From Eledone cirrhosa (lineage: Eukaryota), in the NCBI GenBank assembly GCA_964016885.1, contig OZ024740.1, forward strand, positions 431,210,001-431,274,000: a stretch of DNA of 64,000 nucleotides, read 5' to 3'. Made by a program: the position numbers and the translations under genes. Below the pieces are notes generated by a model. That model searched no databases, was not told the origin of the DNA, and saw nothing but the letters and a program-made list of their open reading frames with translations. Below, piece after piece: positions 41,301 to 55,700 of this stretch; the stretch's first letter is position 1, and each line of letters opens with the position of its first letter.

Positions 41301-44300
41301 CTTACATGTCTCCAATTGTCAATCTTTAGAGAGGTTGTTATTCCCTTAACAGGAGTAAAGAGTCCTCTCTACCTTACATGTCTCCAATTGTCAATCTTTA
41401 GAGGGGTTGTTATTCCCTTAACAGGAGTAAAGAGTGCTCTCTACCTTACATGTCTCCAATTGTCAATCTTTAGAGAGGTTGTTATTCCCTTAACAGGAGT
41501 AAAGAGTCCTCTCTACCTTACATGTCTCCAATTGTCAATCTTTAGAGAGGTTGTTATTCCCTTAACAGGATTAAAGAGTGCTCTCTACCTTACATGTCTC
41601 CAATTGTCAATCTTTAGAGAGGTTGTTATTCCCTTAACAGGAGTAAAGAGTCCTCTCTACCTTACATATCTCCAATTGTCAATCTTTAGAGAGGTTGTTA
41701 TTCCCTTAACAGGAGTAAAGAGTCCTCTATACCTTACATGTCTCCAATTGTCAATCTTTACAGAGATGTTGTTATTCCCTTAACAGGAGTAAAGAGTCCA
41801 CTCTACTTTACATGTCTCCAATTGTCAATCTTTAGAGAAGTTGTTATTCCCTTAACAGGAGTAAAGAGTCCTCTCTACCTTACATGTCTCCAATTGTCAA
41901 TCTTTACAGAGAGGTTGTTATTCCCTTAACAGGAGTAAAGAGTCCTCTCTACCTTACATGTCTCCAATTGTCAATCTTTAGAGAGGTTGTTATTCCCTTA
42001 ACAGGAGTAAAGAGTCCTCTCTACCTTACATGTCTCCAATTGTCAATCTTTAGAGAGGTTGTTATTCCCTTAACAGGAGTAAAGAGTCCTCTCTACCTTA
42101 CATGTCTCCAATTGTCAATCTTTAGAGAGGTTGTTATTCCCTTAACAGGAGTAAAGAGTCCTCTCTACTTTACATGTCTCCAATTGTCAATCTTTAGAGA
42201 GGTTGTTATTCCCTTAACAGGAGTAGAGAGTCCTCTCTACCTTACATGTCTCCAATTGTCAATCTTTACAGAGAGGTTGTTATTCCCTTAACAGGAGTAA
42301 AGAGTCCTCTCTACTTTACACGTCTCCAATTGTCAATCTTTAGAGAGGTTGTTATTCCCTAAACAGGAGTAGAGTCCTCTCTACCTTACATGTCTCCAAT
42401 TGTCAATCTTTAGAGAGGTTGTTATTCCCTTAACAGGAGTAAAGAGGCCTCTCTACCTTACATGTCTCCAATTGTCAATCTTTAGAGAGGTTGTTATTCC
42501 GTTAACAGGAGTAAAGAGTCCTCTCTACCTTACATGTCTCTCATTGTGAATCTTTAGAGAGGTTGTTATTCCCTTAACGGGAGTAAAGAGTCCTCTCTAC
42601 CTTACATGTCTCCAATTGTCAATCTTTAGAGAGGTTGTTATTCCCTTAACAGGAGTAAAGAGTGCTCTCTACCTTACATGTCTCCAATTGTCAATCTTTA
42701 GAGAGGTTGTTATTCCCTTAACAGGAGTAGAGTCCTCTCTACCTTACATGTCTCCAATTGTCAATCTTTAGAGAGGTTGTTATTCACTTAACATGAGTAA
42801 AGAGTCCTCTCTACCTTACATGTCTCCAATTGTCAATCTTTAGAGAGGTTGTTATTCCCTTAACAGGAGTAAAGAGTCCTCTCTACCTTACATGTCTCCA
42901 ATTGTCAATCTTTAGAGAGGTTGTTATTCCCTTAACAGGAGTAAAGAGTCCTCTCTACTTTACATGTCTCAAATTGTCAATCTTTAGAGAGGTTGTTATT
43001 CCCTTAACGGGAGTACAGAGTCCTCTCTACCTTACATATCTCCAATTGTCAATCTTTAGAGAGGTTGTTATTCCCTTAACAGGAGTAAAGAGTGCTCTCT
43101 ACCTTACATGTCTCCAATTGTCAATCTTTAGAGAGGTTGTTATTCCCTTAACAGGAGTAAAGAGTCCTCTCTACCTTACATGTCTCCAATTGTCAATCTT
43201 TAGAGAGGTTGTTATTCCCTTAACAGGAGTAAAGAGTCCTCTCTACCTTACATGTCTCCAATTGTCAATATTTACAGAGAGGTTGTTATTCCCTTAACAG
43301 GAGTAAAGAGTCCTCTCTACTTTACATGTCTCCAATTGTCAATCTTTAGAGAGGTTGTTATTCCCTTAACAGGAGTAGAGAGTCCTCTCTACCTTACATG
43401 TCTCCAATTGTCAATATTTACAGAGAGGTTGTTATTCCCTTAACAGGCGTAAAGAGTCCTCTCTACTTTACATGTCTCCAATTGTCAATCTTTAGAGAGG
43501 TTGTTATTCCCTTAACAGGAGTAAAGAGTCCTCTCTACCTTACATGTCTCTCATTGTGAATCTTTAGAGAGGTTGTTATTCCCTTAACAGGAGTAAAGAG
43601 TCCTCTCTACCTTACATGTCTCCAATTGTCAATCTTTAGAGAGGTTGTTATTCTCTTAACGGGAGTAAAGAGTCCTCTCTACCTTACATGTCTCCAATTG
43701 TCAATCTTTAGAGAGGTTGTTATTCCCTTAACAGGAGTAAAGAGTCCTCTCTACCTTACATGTCTCCAATTGTCAATCTTTAGAGGGGTTGTTATTCCCT
43801 TAACAGGAGTAAAGAGTGCTCTCTACCTTACATGTCTCCAATTGTCAATCTTTAGAGAGGTTGTTATTCCCTTAACAGGAGTAAAGAGTCCTCTCTACCT
43901 TACATGTCTCCAATTGTCAATCTTTAGAGAGGTTGTTATTCCCTTAACAGGATTAAAGAGTGCTCTCTACCTTACATGTCTCCAATTGTCAATCTTTAGA
44001 GAGGTTGTTATTCCCTTAACAGGAGTAAAGAGTCCTCTCTACCTTACATATCTCCAATTGTCAATCTTTAGAGAGGTTGTTATTCCCTTAACAGGAGTAA
44101 AGAGTCCTCTATACCTTACATGTCTCCAATTGTCAATCTTTACAGAGATGTTGTTATTCCCTTAACAGGAGTAAAGAGTCCACTCTACTTTACATGTCTC
44201 CAATTGTCAATCTTTAGAGAAGTTGTTATTCCCTTAACAGGAGTAAAGAGTCCTCTCTACCTTACATGTCTCCAATTGTCAATCTTTACAGAGAGGTTGT

Positions 44301-46245
44301 TATTCCCTTAACAGGAGTAAAGAGTCCTCTCTACTTTACATGTCTCCAATTGTCAATCTTTAGAGAGGTTGTTATTCCCTTAACAGGAGTAAAGAGTCCT
44401 CTCTACCTTACATGTCTCCAATTGTCAATCTTTAGAGAGGTTGTTATTCCCTTAACAGGAGTAAAGAGTCCTCTCTACCTTACATGTCTCCAATTGTCAA
44501 TCTTTAGAGAGGTTGTTATTCCCTTAACAGGAGTAAAGAGTCCTCTCTACTTTACATGTCTCCAATTGTCAATCTTTAGAGAGGTTGTTATTCCCTTAAC
44601 AGGAGTAGAGACTCCACTCTACTTTACATGTCTCCAATTGTCAATCTTTACAGAGAGGTTGTTATTCCCTTAACAGGAGTAAAGAGTCCTCTCTACTTTA
44701 CACGTCTCCAATTGTCAATCTTTAGAGAGGTTGTTATTCCCTAAACAGGAGTAGAGTCCTCTCTACCTTACATGTCTCCAATTGTCAATCTTTAGAGAGG
44801 TTGTTATTCCCTTAACAGGAGTAAAGAGGCCTCTCTACCTTACATGTCTCCAATTGTCAATCTTTAGAGAGGTTGTTATTCCCTTAAAAGAAGTAAAGAG
44901 TCCTCTCTACCTTACATGTCTCCAATTGTCAATCTTTAGAGAGGTTGTTATTCCCTTAACAGGAGTAAAGAGTCCTCTCTACTTTACATGTCTCCAATTG
45001 TCAATCTTTAGAGAGGTTGTTATTCCCTTAACAGGAGTAGAGAGTCCTCTCTGCCTTACATGTCTCCAATTGTCAATATTTACAGAGAGGTTGTTATTCC
45101 CTTAACAGGCGTAAAGAGTCCTCTCTACTTTACATGTCTCCAATTGTCAATCTTTAGAGAGGTTGTTATTCCCTTAACAGGAGTAAAGAGTCCTCTCTAC
45201 CTTACATGTCTCTCATTGTGAATCTTTAGAGAGGTTGTTATTCCCTTAACAGGAGTAAAGAGTCCTCTCTACCTTACATGTCTCCAATTGTCAATCTTTA
45301 GAGAGGTTGTTATTCCCTTAACAGGAGTAAAGAGTCCTCTCTACCTTACAAGTCTCCTAATTGTCAATCTTTAGAGAGGTTGTTATTCCCTTAACAGGAG
45401 TAAAGAGTCCTCTCTACCTTACATGTCTCCAATTGTCAATCTTTAGAGAGGTTGTTATTCCCTTAACAGGAGTAAAGAGTCCTCTCTACCTTACATGTCT
45501 CCAATTGTCAATCTTTAGAGAGGTTGTTATTCCCTTAACAGGAGTAAAGAGTCCTCTCTACTTTACATGTCTCCAATTGTCAATCTTTAGAGAGGTTGTT
45601 ATTCTCTTAACGGGAGTAAAGCGTCCTCTCTACCTTACATGTCTCCAATTGTCAATCTTTAGAGAGGTTGTTATTCCCTTAACAGGAGTAAAGAGTCCTC
45701 TCTACCTTACATGTCTCCAATTGTCAATCTTTAGAGGGGTTGTTATTCCCTTAACAGGAGTAAAGAGTGCTCTCTACCTTACATGTCTCCAATTGTCAAT
45801 CTTTAGAGAGGTTGTTATTCCCTTAACAGGAGTAAAGAGTCCTCTCTACCTTACATGTCTCCAATTGTCAATCTTTAGAGAGGTTGTTATTCTCTTAACA
45901 GGATTAAAGAGTGCTCTCTACCTTACATGTCTCCAATTGTCAATCTTTAGAGAGGTTGTTATTCCCTTAACAGGAGTAAAGAGTCCTCTCTACCTTACAT
46001 GTCTCCAATTGTCAATCTTTACAGAGATGTTGTTATTCCCTTAACAGGAGTAAAGAGTCCACTCTACTTTACATGTCTCCAATTGTCAATCTTTAGAGAA
46101 GTTGTTATTCCCTTAACAGGAGTAAAGAGTCCTCTCTACCTTACATGTCTCCAATTGTCAATCTTTACAGAGAGGTTGTTATTCCCTTAACAGGAGTAAA
46201 GAGTCCTCTCTACCTTACATGTCTCCAATTGTCAATCTTTAGAGA
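35310..46245. repeat. Tandem duplication of a 5495-bp (76-monomer) block
   Basis: Offsets 35375/40870, 37335/42830, 39287/44782 and 40504/45999 equal 5495. The variant CTCTGCC was seen only at 39558 and 45053. Confidence 0.92.
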
Positions 46246-49200
46246 GGTTGTTATTCCCTTAACAGGATTAAAGAGTGCTCTCTACCTTACATGTCTCCAA
46301 TTGTCAATCTTTAGAGAGGTTGTTATTCCCTTAACAGGAGTAAAGAGTCCTCTCTACCTTACATATCTCCAATTGTCAATCTTTAGAGAGGTTGTTATTC
46401 CATTAACAGGAGTAAAGAGTCCTCTCTACCTTACATGTCTCCAATTGTCAATCTTTACAGAGATGTTGTTATTCCCTTAACAGGAGTAAAGAGTCCACTC
46501 TACTTTACATGTCTCCAATTGTCAATCTTTAGAGAAGTTGTTATTCCCTTAACAGGAGTAAAGAGTCCTCTCTACCTTACATGTCTCCAATTGTCAATCT
46601 TTACAGAGAGGTTGTTATTCCCTTAACAGGAGTAAAGAGTCCTCTCTACCTTACATGTCTCCAATTGTCAATCTTTAGAGAGGTTGTTATTCCCTTAACA
46701 GGAGTAAAGAGTCCTCTCTACCTTACATGTCTCCAATTGTCAATCTTTAGAGAGGTTGTTATTCCCTTAACAGGAGTAAAGAGTCCTCTCTACCTTACAT
46801 GTCTCCAATTGTCAATCTTTAGAGAGGTTGTTATTCCCTTAACAGGAGTAAAGAGTCCTCTCTACCTTACATGTCTCCAATTGTCAATCTTTAGAGAGGT
46901 TGTTATTCCCTTAACAGGAGTAAAGAGTCCTCTCTACTTTACATGTCTCAAATTGTCAATCTTTAGAGAGGTTGTTATTCCCTTAACGGGAGTACAGAGT
47001 CCTCTCTACCTTACATATCTCCAATTGTCAATCTTTAGAGAGGTTGTTATTCCCTTAACAGGAGTAAAGAGTGCTCTCTACCTTACATGTCTCCAATTGT
47101 CAATCTTTAGAGAGGTTGTTATTCCCTTAACAGGAGTAAAGAGTCCTCTCTACCTTACATGTCTCCAATTGTCAATCTTTAGAGAGGTTGTTATTCCCTT
47201 AACAGGAGTAGAGAGTCCTCTCTACCTTACATGTCTCCAATTGTCAATATTTACAGAGAGGTTGTTATTCCCTTAACAGGCGTAAAGAGTCCTCTCTACT
47301 TTACATGTCTCCAATTGTCAATCTTTAGAGAGGTTGTTATTCCCTTAACAGGAGTAAAGAGTCCTCTCTACCTTACATGTCTCTCATTGTGAATCTTTAG
47401 AGAGGTTGTTATTCCCTTAACAGGAGTAAAGAGTCCTCTCTACCTTACATGTCTCCAATTGTCAATCTTTAGAGAGGTTGTTATTCTCTTAACGGGAGTA
47501 AAGAGTCCTCTCTACCTTACATGTCTCCAATTGTCAATCTTTAGAGAGGTTGTTATTCCCTTAACAGGAGTAAAGAGTCCTCTCTACCTTACATGTCTCC
47601 AATTGTCAATCTTTAGAGGGGTTGTTATTCCCTTCACAGGAGTAAAGAGTGCTCTCTACCTTACATGTCTCCAATTGTCAATCTTTAGAGAGGTTGTTAT
47701 TCCCTTAACAGGAGTAAAGAGTCCTCTCTACCTTACATGTCTCCAATTGTCAATCTTTAGAGAGGTTGTTATTCCCTTAACAGGATTAAAGAGTGCTCTC
47801 TACCTTACATGTCTCCAATTGTCAATCTTTAGAGAGGTTGTTATTCCCTTAACAGGAGTAAAGAGTCCTCTCTACCTTACATATCTCCAATTGTCAATCT
47901 TTAGAGAGGTTGTTATTCCCTTAACAGGAGTAAAGAGTCCTCTATACCTTACATGTCTCCAATTGTCAATCTTTACAGAGATGTTGTTATTCCCTTAACA
48001 GGAGTAAAGAGTCCACTCTACTTTACATGTCTCCAATTGTCAATCTTTAGAGAAGTTGTTATTCCCTTAACAGGAGTAAAGAGTCCTCTCTACCTTACAT
48101 GTCTCCAATTGTCAATCTTTACAGAGAGGTTGTTATTCCCTTAACAGGAGTAAAGAGTCCTCTCTACCTTACATGTCTCCAATTGTCAATCTTTAGAGAG
48201 GTTGTTATTCCCTTAACAGGAGTAAAGAGTCCTCTCTACCTTACATGTCTCCAATTGTCAATCTTTAGAGAGGTTGTTATTCCCTTAACAGGAGTAAAGA
48301 GTCCTCTCTACCTTACATGTCTCCAATTGTCAATCTTTAGAGAGGTTGTTATTCCCTTAACAGGAGTAAAGAGTCCTCTCTACTTTACATGTCTCCAATT
48401 GTCAATCTTTAGAGAGGTTGTTATTCCCTTAACAGGAGTAGAGACTCCACTCTACTTTACATGTCTCCAATTGTCAATCTTTACAGAGAGGTTGTTATTC
48501 CCTTAACAGGAGTAAAGAGTCCTCTCTACTTTACACGTCTCCAATTGTCAATCTTTAGAGAGGTTGTTATTCCCTAAACAGGAGTAGAGTCCTCTCTACC
48601 TTACATGTCTCCAATTGTCAATCTTTAGAGAGGTTGTTATTCCCTTAACAGGAGTAAAGAGGCCTCTCTACCTTACATGTCTCCAATTGTCAATCTTTAG
48701 AGAGGTTGTTATTCCCTTAAAAGAAGTAAAGAGTCCTCTCTACCTTACATGTCTCCAATTGTCAATCTTTAGAGAGGTTGTTATTCCCTTAACAGGAGTA
48801 AAGAGTCCTCTCTACTTTACATGTCTCCAATTGTCAATCTTTAGAGAGGTTGTTATTCCCTTAACAGGAGTAGAGAGTCCTCTCTACCTTACATGTCTCC
48901 AATTGTCAATATTTACAGAGAGGTTGTTATTCCCTTAACAGGCGTAAAGAGTCCTCTCTACTTTACATGTCTCCAATTGTCAATCTTTAGAGAGGTTGTT
49001 ATTCCCTTAACAGGAGTAAAGAGTCCTCTCTACCTTACATGTCTCTCATTGTGAATCTTTAGAGAGGTTGTTATTCCCTTAACAGGAGTAAAGAGTCCTC
49101 TCTACCTTACATGTCTCCAATTGTCAATCTTTAGAGAGGTTGTTATTCCCTTAACAGGAGTAAAGAGTCCTCTCTACCTTACAAGTCTCCTAATTGTCAA

Positions 49201-50640
49201 TCTTTAGAGAGGTTGTTATTCCCTTAACAGGAGTAAAGAGTCCTCTCTACCTTACATGTCTCCAATTGTCAATCTTTAGAGAGGTTGTTATTCCCTTAAC
49301 AGGAGTAAAGAGTCCTCTCTACCTTACATGTCTCCAATTGTCAATCTTTAGAGAGGTTGTTATTCCCTTAACAGGAGTAAAGAGTCCTCTCTACTTTACA
49401 TGTCTCCAATTGTCAATCTTTAGAGAGGTTGTTATTCTCTTAACGGGAGTAAAGCGTCCTCTCTACCTTACATGTCTCCAATTGTCAATCTTTAGAGAGG
49501 TTGTTATTCCCTTAACAGGAGTAAAGAGTCCTCTCTACCTTACATGTCTCCAATTGTCAATCTTTAGAGGGGTTGTTATTCCCTTAACAGGAGTAAAGAG
49601 TGCTCTCTACCTTACATGTCTCCAATTGTCAATCTTTAGAGAGGTTGTTATTCCCTTAACAGGAGTAAAGAGTCCTCTCTACCTTACATGTCTCCAATTG
49701 TCAATCTTTAGAGAGGTTGTTATTCTCTTAACAGGATTAAAGAGTGCTCTCTACCTTACATGTCTCCAATTGTCAATCTTTAGAGAGGTTGATATTCCCT
49801 TAACAGGAGTAAAGAGTCCTCTCTACCTTACATGTCTCCAATTGTCAATCTTTACAGAGATGTTGTTATTCCCTTAACAGGAGTAAAGAGTCCACTCTAC
49901 TTTACATGTCTCCAATTGTCAATCTTTAGAGAAGTTGTTATTCCCTTAACAGGAGTAAAGAGTCCTCTCTACCTTACATGTCTCCAATTGTCAATCTTTA
50001 CAGAGAGGTTGTTATTCCCTTAACAGGAGTAAAGAGTCCTCTCTACCTTACATGTCTCCAATTGTCAATCTTTAGAGAGGTTGTTATTCCCTTAACAGGA
50101 TTAAAGAGTGCTCTCTACCTTACATGTCTCCAATTGTCAATCTTTAGAGAGGTTGTTATTCCCTTAACAGGAGTAAAGAGTCCTCTCTACCTTACATATC
50201 TCCAATTGTCAATCTTTAGAGAGGTTGTTATTCCATTAACAGGAGTAAAGAGTCCTCTCTACCTTACATGTCTCCAATTGTCAATCTTTACAGAGATGTT
50301 GTTATTCCCTTAACAGAAGTAAAGAGTCCACTCTACTTTACATGTCTCCAATTGTCAATCTTTAGAGAAGTTGTTATTCCCTTAACAGGAGTAAAGAGTC
50401 CTCTCTACCTTACATGTCTCCAATTGTCAATCTTTACAGAGAGGTTGTTATTCCCTTAACAGGAGTAAAGAGTCCTCTCTACCTTACATGTCTCCAATTG
50501 TCAATCTTTAGAGAGGTTGTTATTCCCTTAACAGGAGTAAAGAGTCCTCTCTACCTTACATGTCTCCAATTGTCAATCTTTAGAGAGGTTGTTATTCCCT
50601 TAACAGGAGTAAAGAGTCCTCTCTACCTTACATGTCTCCA
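43370..50640. repeat. Duplication with 3833-bp (53-monomer) offset, more diverged
   Basis: Offsets 43626/47459, 44782/48615, 45361/49194 and 46435/50268 equal 3833. The right copy has private SNVs near 47635, 49792 and 50317. Confidence 0.85.
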
Positions 50641-52729
50641 ATTGTCAATCTTTAGAGAGGTTGTTATTCCCTTAACAGGAGTAAAGAGTCCTCTCTACTT
50701 TACATGTCTCCAATTGTCAATCTTTAGAGAGGTTGTTATTCCCTTAACAGGAGTAGAGAGTCCTCTCTACCTTACATGTCTCCAATTGTCAATCTTTACA
50801 GAGAGGTTGTTATTCCCTTAACAGGAGTAAAGAGTCCTCTCTACTTTACACGTCTCCAATTGTCAATCTTTAGAGAGGTTGTTATTCTCTAAACAGGAGT
50901 AGAGTCCTCTCTACCTTACATGTCTCCAATTGTCAATCTTTAGAGAGGTTGTTATTCCCTTAACAGGAGTAAAGAGGCCTCTCTACCTTACATGTCTCCA
51001 ATTGTCAATCTTTAGAGAGGTTGTTATTCCCTTAACAGAAGTAAAGAGTCCTCTCTACCTTACATGTCTCCAATTGTCAATCTTTAGAGAGGTTGTTATT
51101 CCCTTAACAGGAGTAAAGAGTCCTCTCTACTTTACATGTCTCCAATTGTCAATCTTTAGAGAGGTTGCTATTCCCTTAACAGGAGTAGAGAGTCCTCTCT
51201 ACCTTACATGTCTCCAATTGTCAATATTTACAGAGAGGTTGTTATTCCCTTAACAGGCGTAAAGAGTCCTCTCTACTTTACATGTCTCCAATTGTCAATC
51301 TTTAGAGAGGTTGTTATTCCCTTAACAGGAGTAAAGAGTCCTCTCTACCTTACATGTCTCTCATTGTGAATCTTTAGAGAGGTTGTTATTCCCTTAACAG
51401 GAGTAAAGAGTCCTCTCTACCTTACATGTCTCCAATTGTCAATCTTTAGAGAGGTTGTTATTCTCTTAACGGGAGTAAAGAGTCCTCTCTACCTTACATG
51501 TCTCCAATTGTCAATCTTTAGAGAGGTTGTTATTCCCTTAACAGGAGTAAAGAGTCCTCTCCACCTTACATGTCTCCTAATTGTCAATCTTTAGAGAGGT
51601 TGTTATTCCCTTAACAGGAGTAAAGAGTCCTCTCTACCTTACATGTCTCCAATTGTCAATCTTTAGAGAGGTTGTTATTCCCTTAACAGGAGTAAAGAGT
51701 CCTCTCTACCTTACATGTCTCCAATTGTCAATCTTTAGAGAGGTTGTTATTCCCTTAACAGGAGTAAAGAGTCCTCTCTACTTTACATGTCTCCAATTGT
51801 CAATCTTTAGAGAGGTTGTTATTCTCTTAACGGGAGTAAAGAGTCCTCTCTACCTTACATGCCTCCAATTGTCAATCTTTAGAGAGGTTGTTATTCCCTT
51901 AACAGGAGTAAAGAGTCCTCTCTACCTTACATGTCTCCAATTGTCAATCTTTAGAGGGGTTGTAATTCCCTTAACAGGAGTAAAGAGTGCTCTCTACCTT
52001 ACATGTCTCCAATTGTCAATCTTTAGAGAGGTTGTTATTCCCTTAACAGGAGTAAAGAGTCCTCTCTACCTTACATGTCTCCAATTGTCAATCTTTAGAG
52101 AGGTTGTTATTCTCTTAACAGGATTAAAGAGTGCTCTCTACCTTACATGTCTCCAATTGTCAATCTTTAGAGAGGTTGTTATTCCCTTAACAGGAGTAAA
52201 GAGTCCTCTCTACCTTACATATCTCCAATTGTCAATCTTTAGAGAGGTTGTTATTCCCTTAACAGGAGTAAAGAGTCCTCTCTACCTTACATGTCTCCAA
52301 TTGTCAATCTTTACAGATATGTTGTTATTCCCTTAACAGGAGTAAAGAGTCCACTCTACTTTACATGTCTCCAATTGTCAATCTTTAGAGAAGTTGTTAT
52401 TCCCTTAACAGGAGTAAAGAGTCCTCTCTACCTTACATGTCTCCAATTGTCAATCTTTACAGAGAGGTTGTTATTCCCTTAACAGGAGTAAAGAGTCCTC
52501 TCTACCTTACATGTCTCCAATTGTCAATCTTTAGAGAGGTTGTTATTCCCTTAACAGGAGTAAAGAGTCCTCTCTACCTTACATGTCTCCAATTGTCAAT
52601 CTTTAGAGAGGTTGTTATTCCCTTAACAGGAGTAAAGAGTCCTCACTACCTTACATGTCTCCAATTGTCAATCTTTAGAGAGGTTGTTATTCCCTTAACA
52701 GGAGTAAAGAGTCCTCTCTACTTTACATG

Positions 52730-55700
52730 TCTCCAATTGTCAATCTTTAGAGAGGTTGTTATTCCCTTAACAGGAGTAGAGAGTCCTCTCTACCTTACAT
52801 GTCTCCAATTGTCAATCTTTACAGAGAGGTTTTTATTCCCTTAACAGGAGTAAAGAGTCCTCTCTACTTTACACATCTCCAATTGTCAATCTTTAGAGAG
52901 GTTGTTATTCCCTAAACAGGAGTAGAGTCCTCTCTACCTTACATGTCTCCAATTGTCAATCTTTAGAGAGGTTGTTATTCCCTTAACAGGAGTAAAGAGT
53001 CCTCTCTACCTTACATATCTCCAATTGTCAATCTTTAGAGAGGTTGTTATTCCCTTAACAGGAGTAAAGAGTCCTCTCTACCTTACATGTCTCCAATTGT
53101 CAATCTTTACAGAGATGTTGTTATTCCCTTAACAGGAGTAAAGAGTCCACTCTACTTTACATGTCTCCAATTGCCAATCTTTAGAGAAGTTGTTATTCCC
53201 TTAACAGGAGTAAAGAGTCCTCTCTACCTTACATGTCTCCAATTGTCAATCTTTACAGAGAGGTTGTTATTCCCTTAACAGGAGTAAAGAGTCCTCTCTA
53301 CCTTACATGTCTCCAATTGTCAATCTTTAGAGAGGTTGTTATTCCCTTAACAGGAGTAAAGAGTCCTCTCTACCTTACATGTCTCCAATTGTCAATCTTT
53401 AGAGAGGTTGTTATTCCCTTAACAGGAGTAAAGAGTCCTCTCTACCTTACATGTCCCCAATTGTCAATCTTTAGAGAGGTTGTTATTCCCTTAACAGGAG
53501 TAAAGAGTCCTCTCTACTTTACATGTCTCCAATTGTCAATCTTTAGAGAGGTTGTTATTCCCTTAACAGGAGTAGAGAGTCCTCTCTACCTTACATGTCT
53601 CCAATTGTCAATCTTTACAGAGAGGTTGTTATTCCCTTAACAGGAGTAAAGAGTCCTCTCTACTTTACACGTCTCCAATTGTCAATCTTTAGAGAGGTTG
53701 TTATTCCCTAAACAGGAGTAGAGTCCTCTCTACCTTACATGTCTCCAATTGTCAATCTTTAGAGAGGTTGTTATTCCCTTAACAGGAGTAAAGAGGCCTC
53801 TCTACCTTACATGTCTCCAATTGTCAATCTTTAGAGAGGTTGTTATTCCGTTAACAGGAGTAAAGAGTCCTCTCTACCTTACATGTCTCTCATTGTGAAT
53901 CTTTAGAGAGGTTGTTATTCCCTTAACGGGAGTAAAGAGTCCTCTCTACCTTACATGTCTCCAATTGTCAATCTTTAGAGAGGTTGTTATTCCCTTAACA
54001 GGAGTAAAGAGTGCTCTCTACCTTACATGTCTCCAATTGTCAATCTTTAGAGAGGTTGTTATTCCCTTAACAGGAGTAGAGTCCTCTCTACCTTACATGT
54101 CTCCAATTGTCAATCTTTAGAGAGGTTGTTATTCACTTAACATGAGTAAAGAGTCCTCTCTACCTTACATGTCTCCAATTGTCAATCTTTAGAGAGGTTG
54201 TTATTCCCTTAACAGGAGTAAAGAGTCCTCTCTACCTTACATGTCTCCAATTGTCAATCTTTAGAGAGGTTGTTATTCCCTTAACAGGAGTAAAGAGTCC
54301 TCTCTACTTTACATGTCTCAAATTGTCAATCTTTAGAGAGGTTATTCCCTTAACGGGAGTACAGAGTCCTCTCTACCTTACATGTCTCCAATTGTCAATC
54401 TTTAGAGAGGTTGTTATTCCCTTAACAGGAGTAAAGAGTGCTCTCTACCTTACATGTCTCCAATTGTCAATCTTTAGAGAGGTTGTTATTCCCTTAACAG
54501 GAGTAAAGAGTCCTCTCTACCTTACATGTCTCCTAATTGTCAATCTTCAGAGAGGTTGTTATTCCCTTAACAGGAGTAAAGAGTCCTCTCTACCTTACAT
54601 GTCTCCAATTGTCAATCTTTAAAGAGGTTGTTATTCCCTTAACAGGAGTAAAGAGTCCTCTCTACTTTACATGTCTCCAATTGTCAATCTTTAGAGAGGT
54701 TGTTATTCCCTTAACAGGAGTAAAGAGTCCTCTCTACCTTACATGTCTCCAATTGTCAATATTTACAGAGAGGTTGTTATTCCCTTAACAGGAGTAAAGA
54801 GTCCTCTCTACTTTACATGTCTCCAATTGTCAATCTTTAGAGAGGTTGTTATTCCCTTAACAGGAGTAGAGAGTCCTCTCTACCTTACATGTCTCCAATT
54901 GTCAATATTTACAGAGAGGTTGTTATTCCCTTAACAGGCGTAAAGAGTCCTCTCTACTTTACATGTCTCCAATTGTCAATCTTTAGAGAGGTTGTTATTC
55001 CCTTAACAGGAGTAAAGAGTCCTCTCTACCTTACATGTCTCTCATTGTGAATCTTTAGAGAGGTTGTTATTCCCTTAACAGGAGTAAAGAGTCCTCTCTA
55101 CCTTACATGTCTCCAATTGTCAATCTTTAGAGAGGTTGTTATTCTCTTAACGGGAGTAAAGAGTCCTCTCTACCTTACATGTCTCCAATTGTCAATCTTT
55201 AGAGAGGTTGTTATTCCCTTAACAGGAGTAAAGAGTCCTCTCTACCTTACATGTCTCCAATTGTCAAGCTTTAGAGGGGTTGTTATTCCCTTAACAGGAG
55301 TAAAGAGTGCTCTCTACCTTACATGTCTCCAATTGTCAATCTTTAGAGAGGTTGTTATTCCCTTAACAGGAGTAAAGAGTCCTCTCTACCTTACATGTCT
55401 CCAATTGTCAATCTTTAGAGAGGTTGTTATTCCCTTAACAGGATTAAAGAGTGCTCTCTACCTTACATGTCTCCAATTGTCAATCTTTAGAGAGGTTGTT
55501 ATTCCCTTAACAGGAGTAAAGAGTCCTCTCTACCTTACATATCTCCAATTGTCAATCTTTAGAGAGGTTGTTATTCCCTTAACAGGAGTAAAGAGTCCTC
55601 TATACCTTACATGTCTCCAATTGTCAATCTTTACAGAGATGTTGTTATTCCCTTAACAGGAGTAAAGAGTCCACTCTACTTTACATGTCTCCAATTGTGA

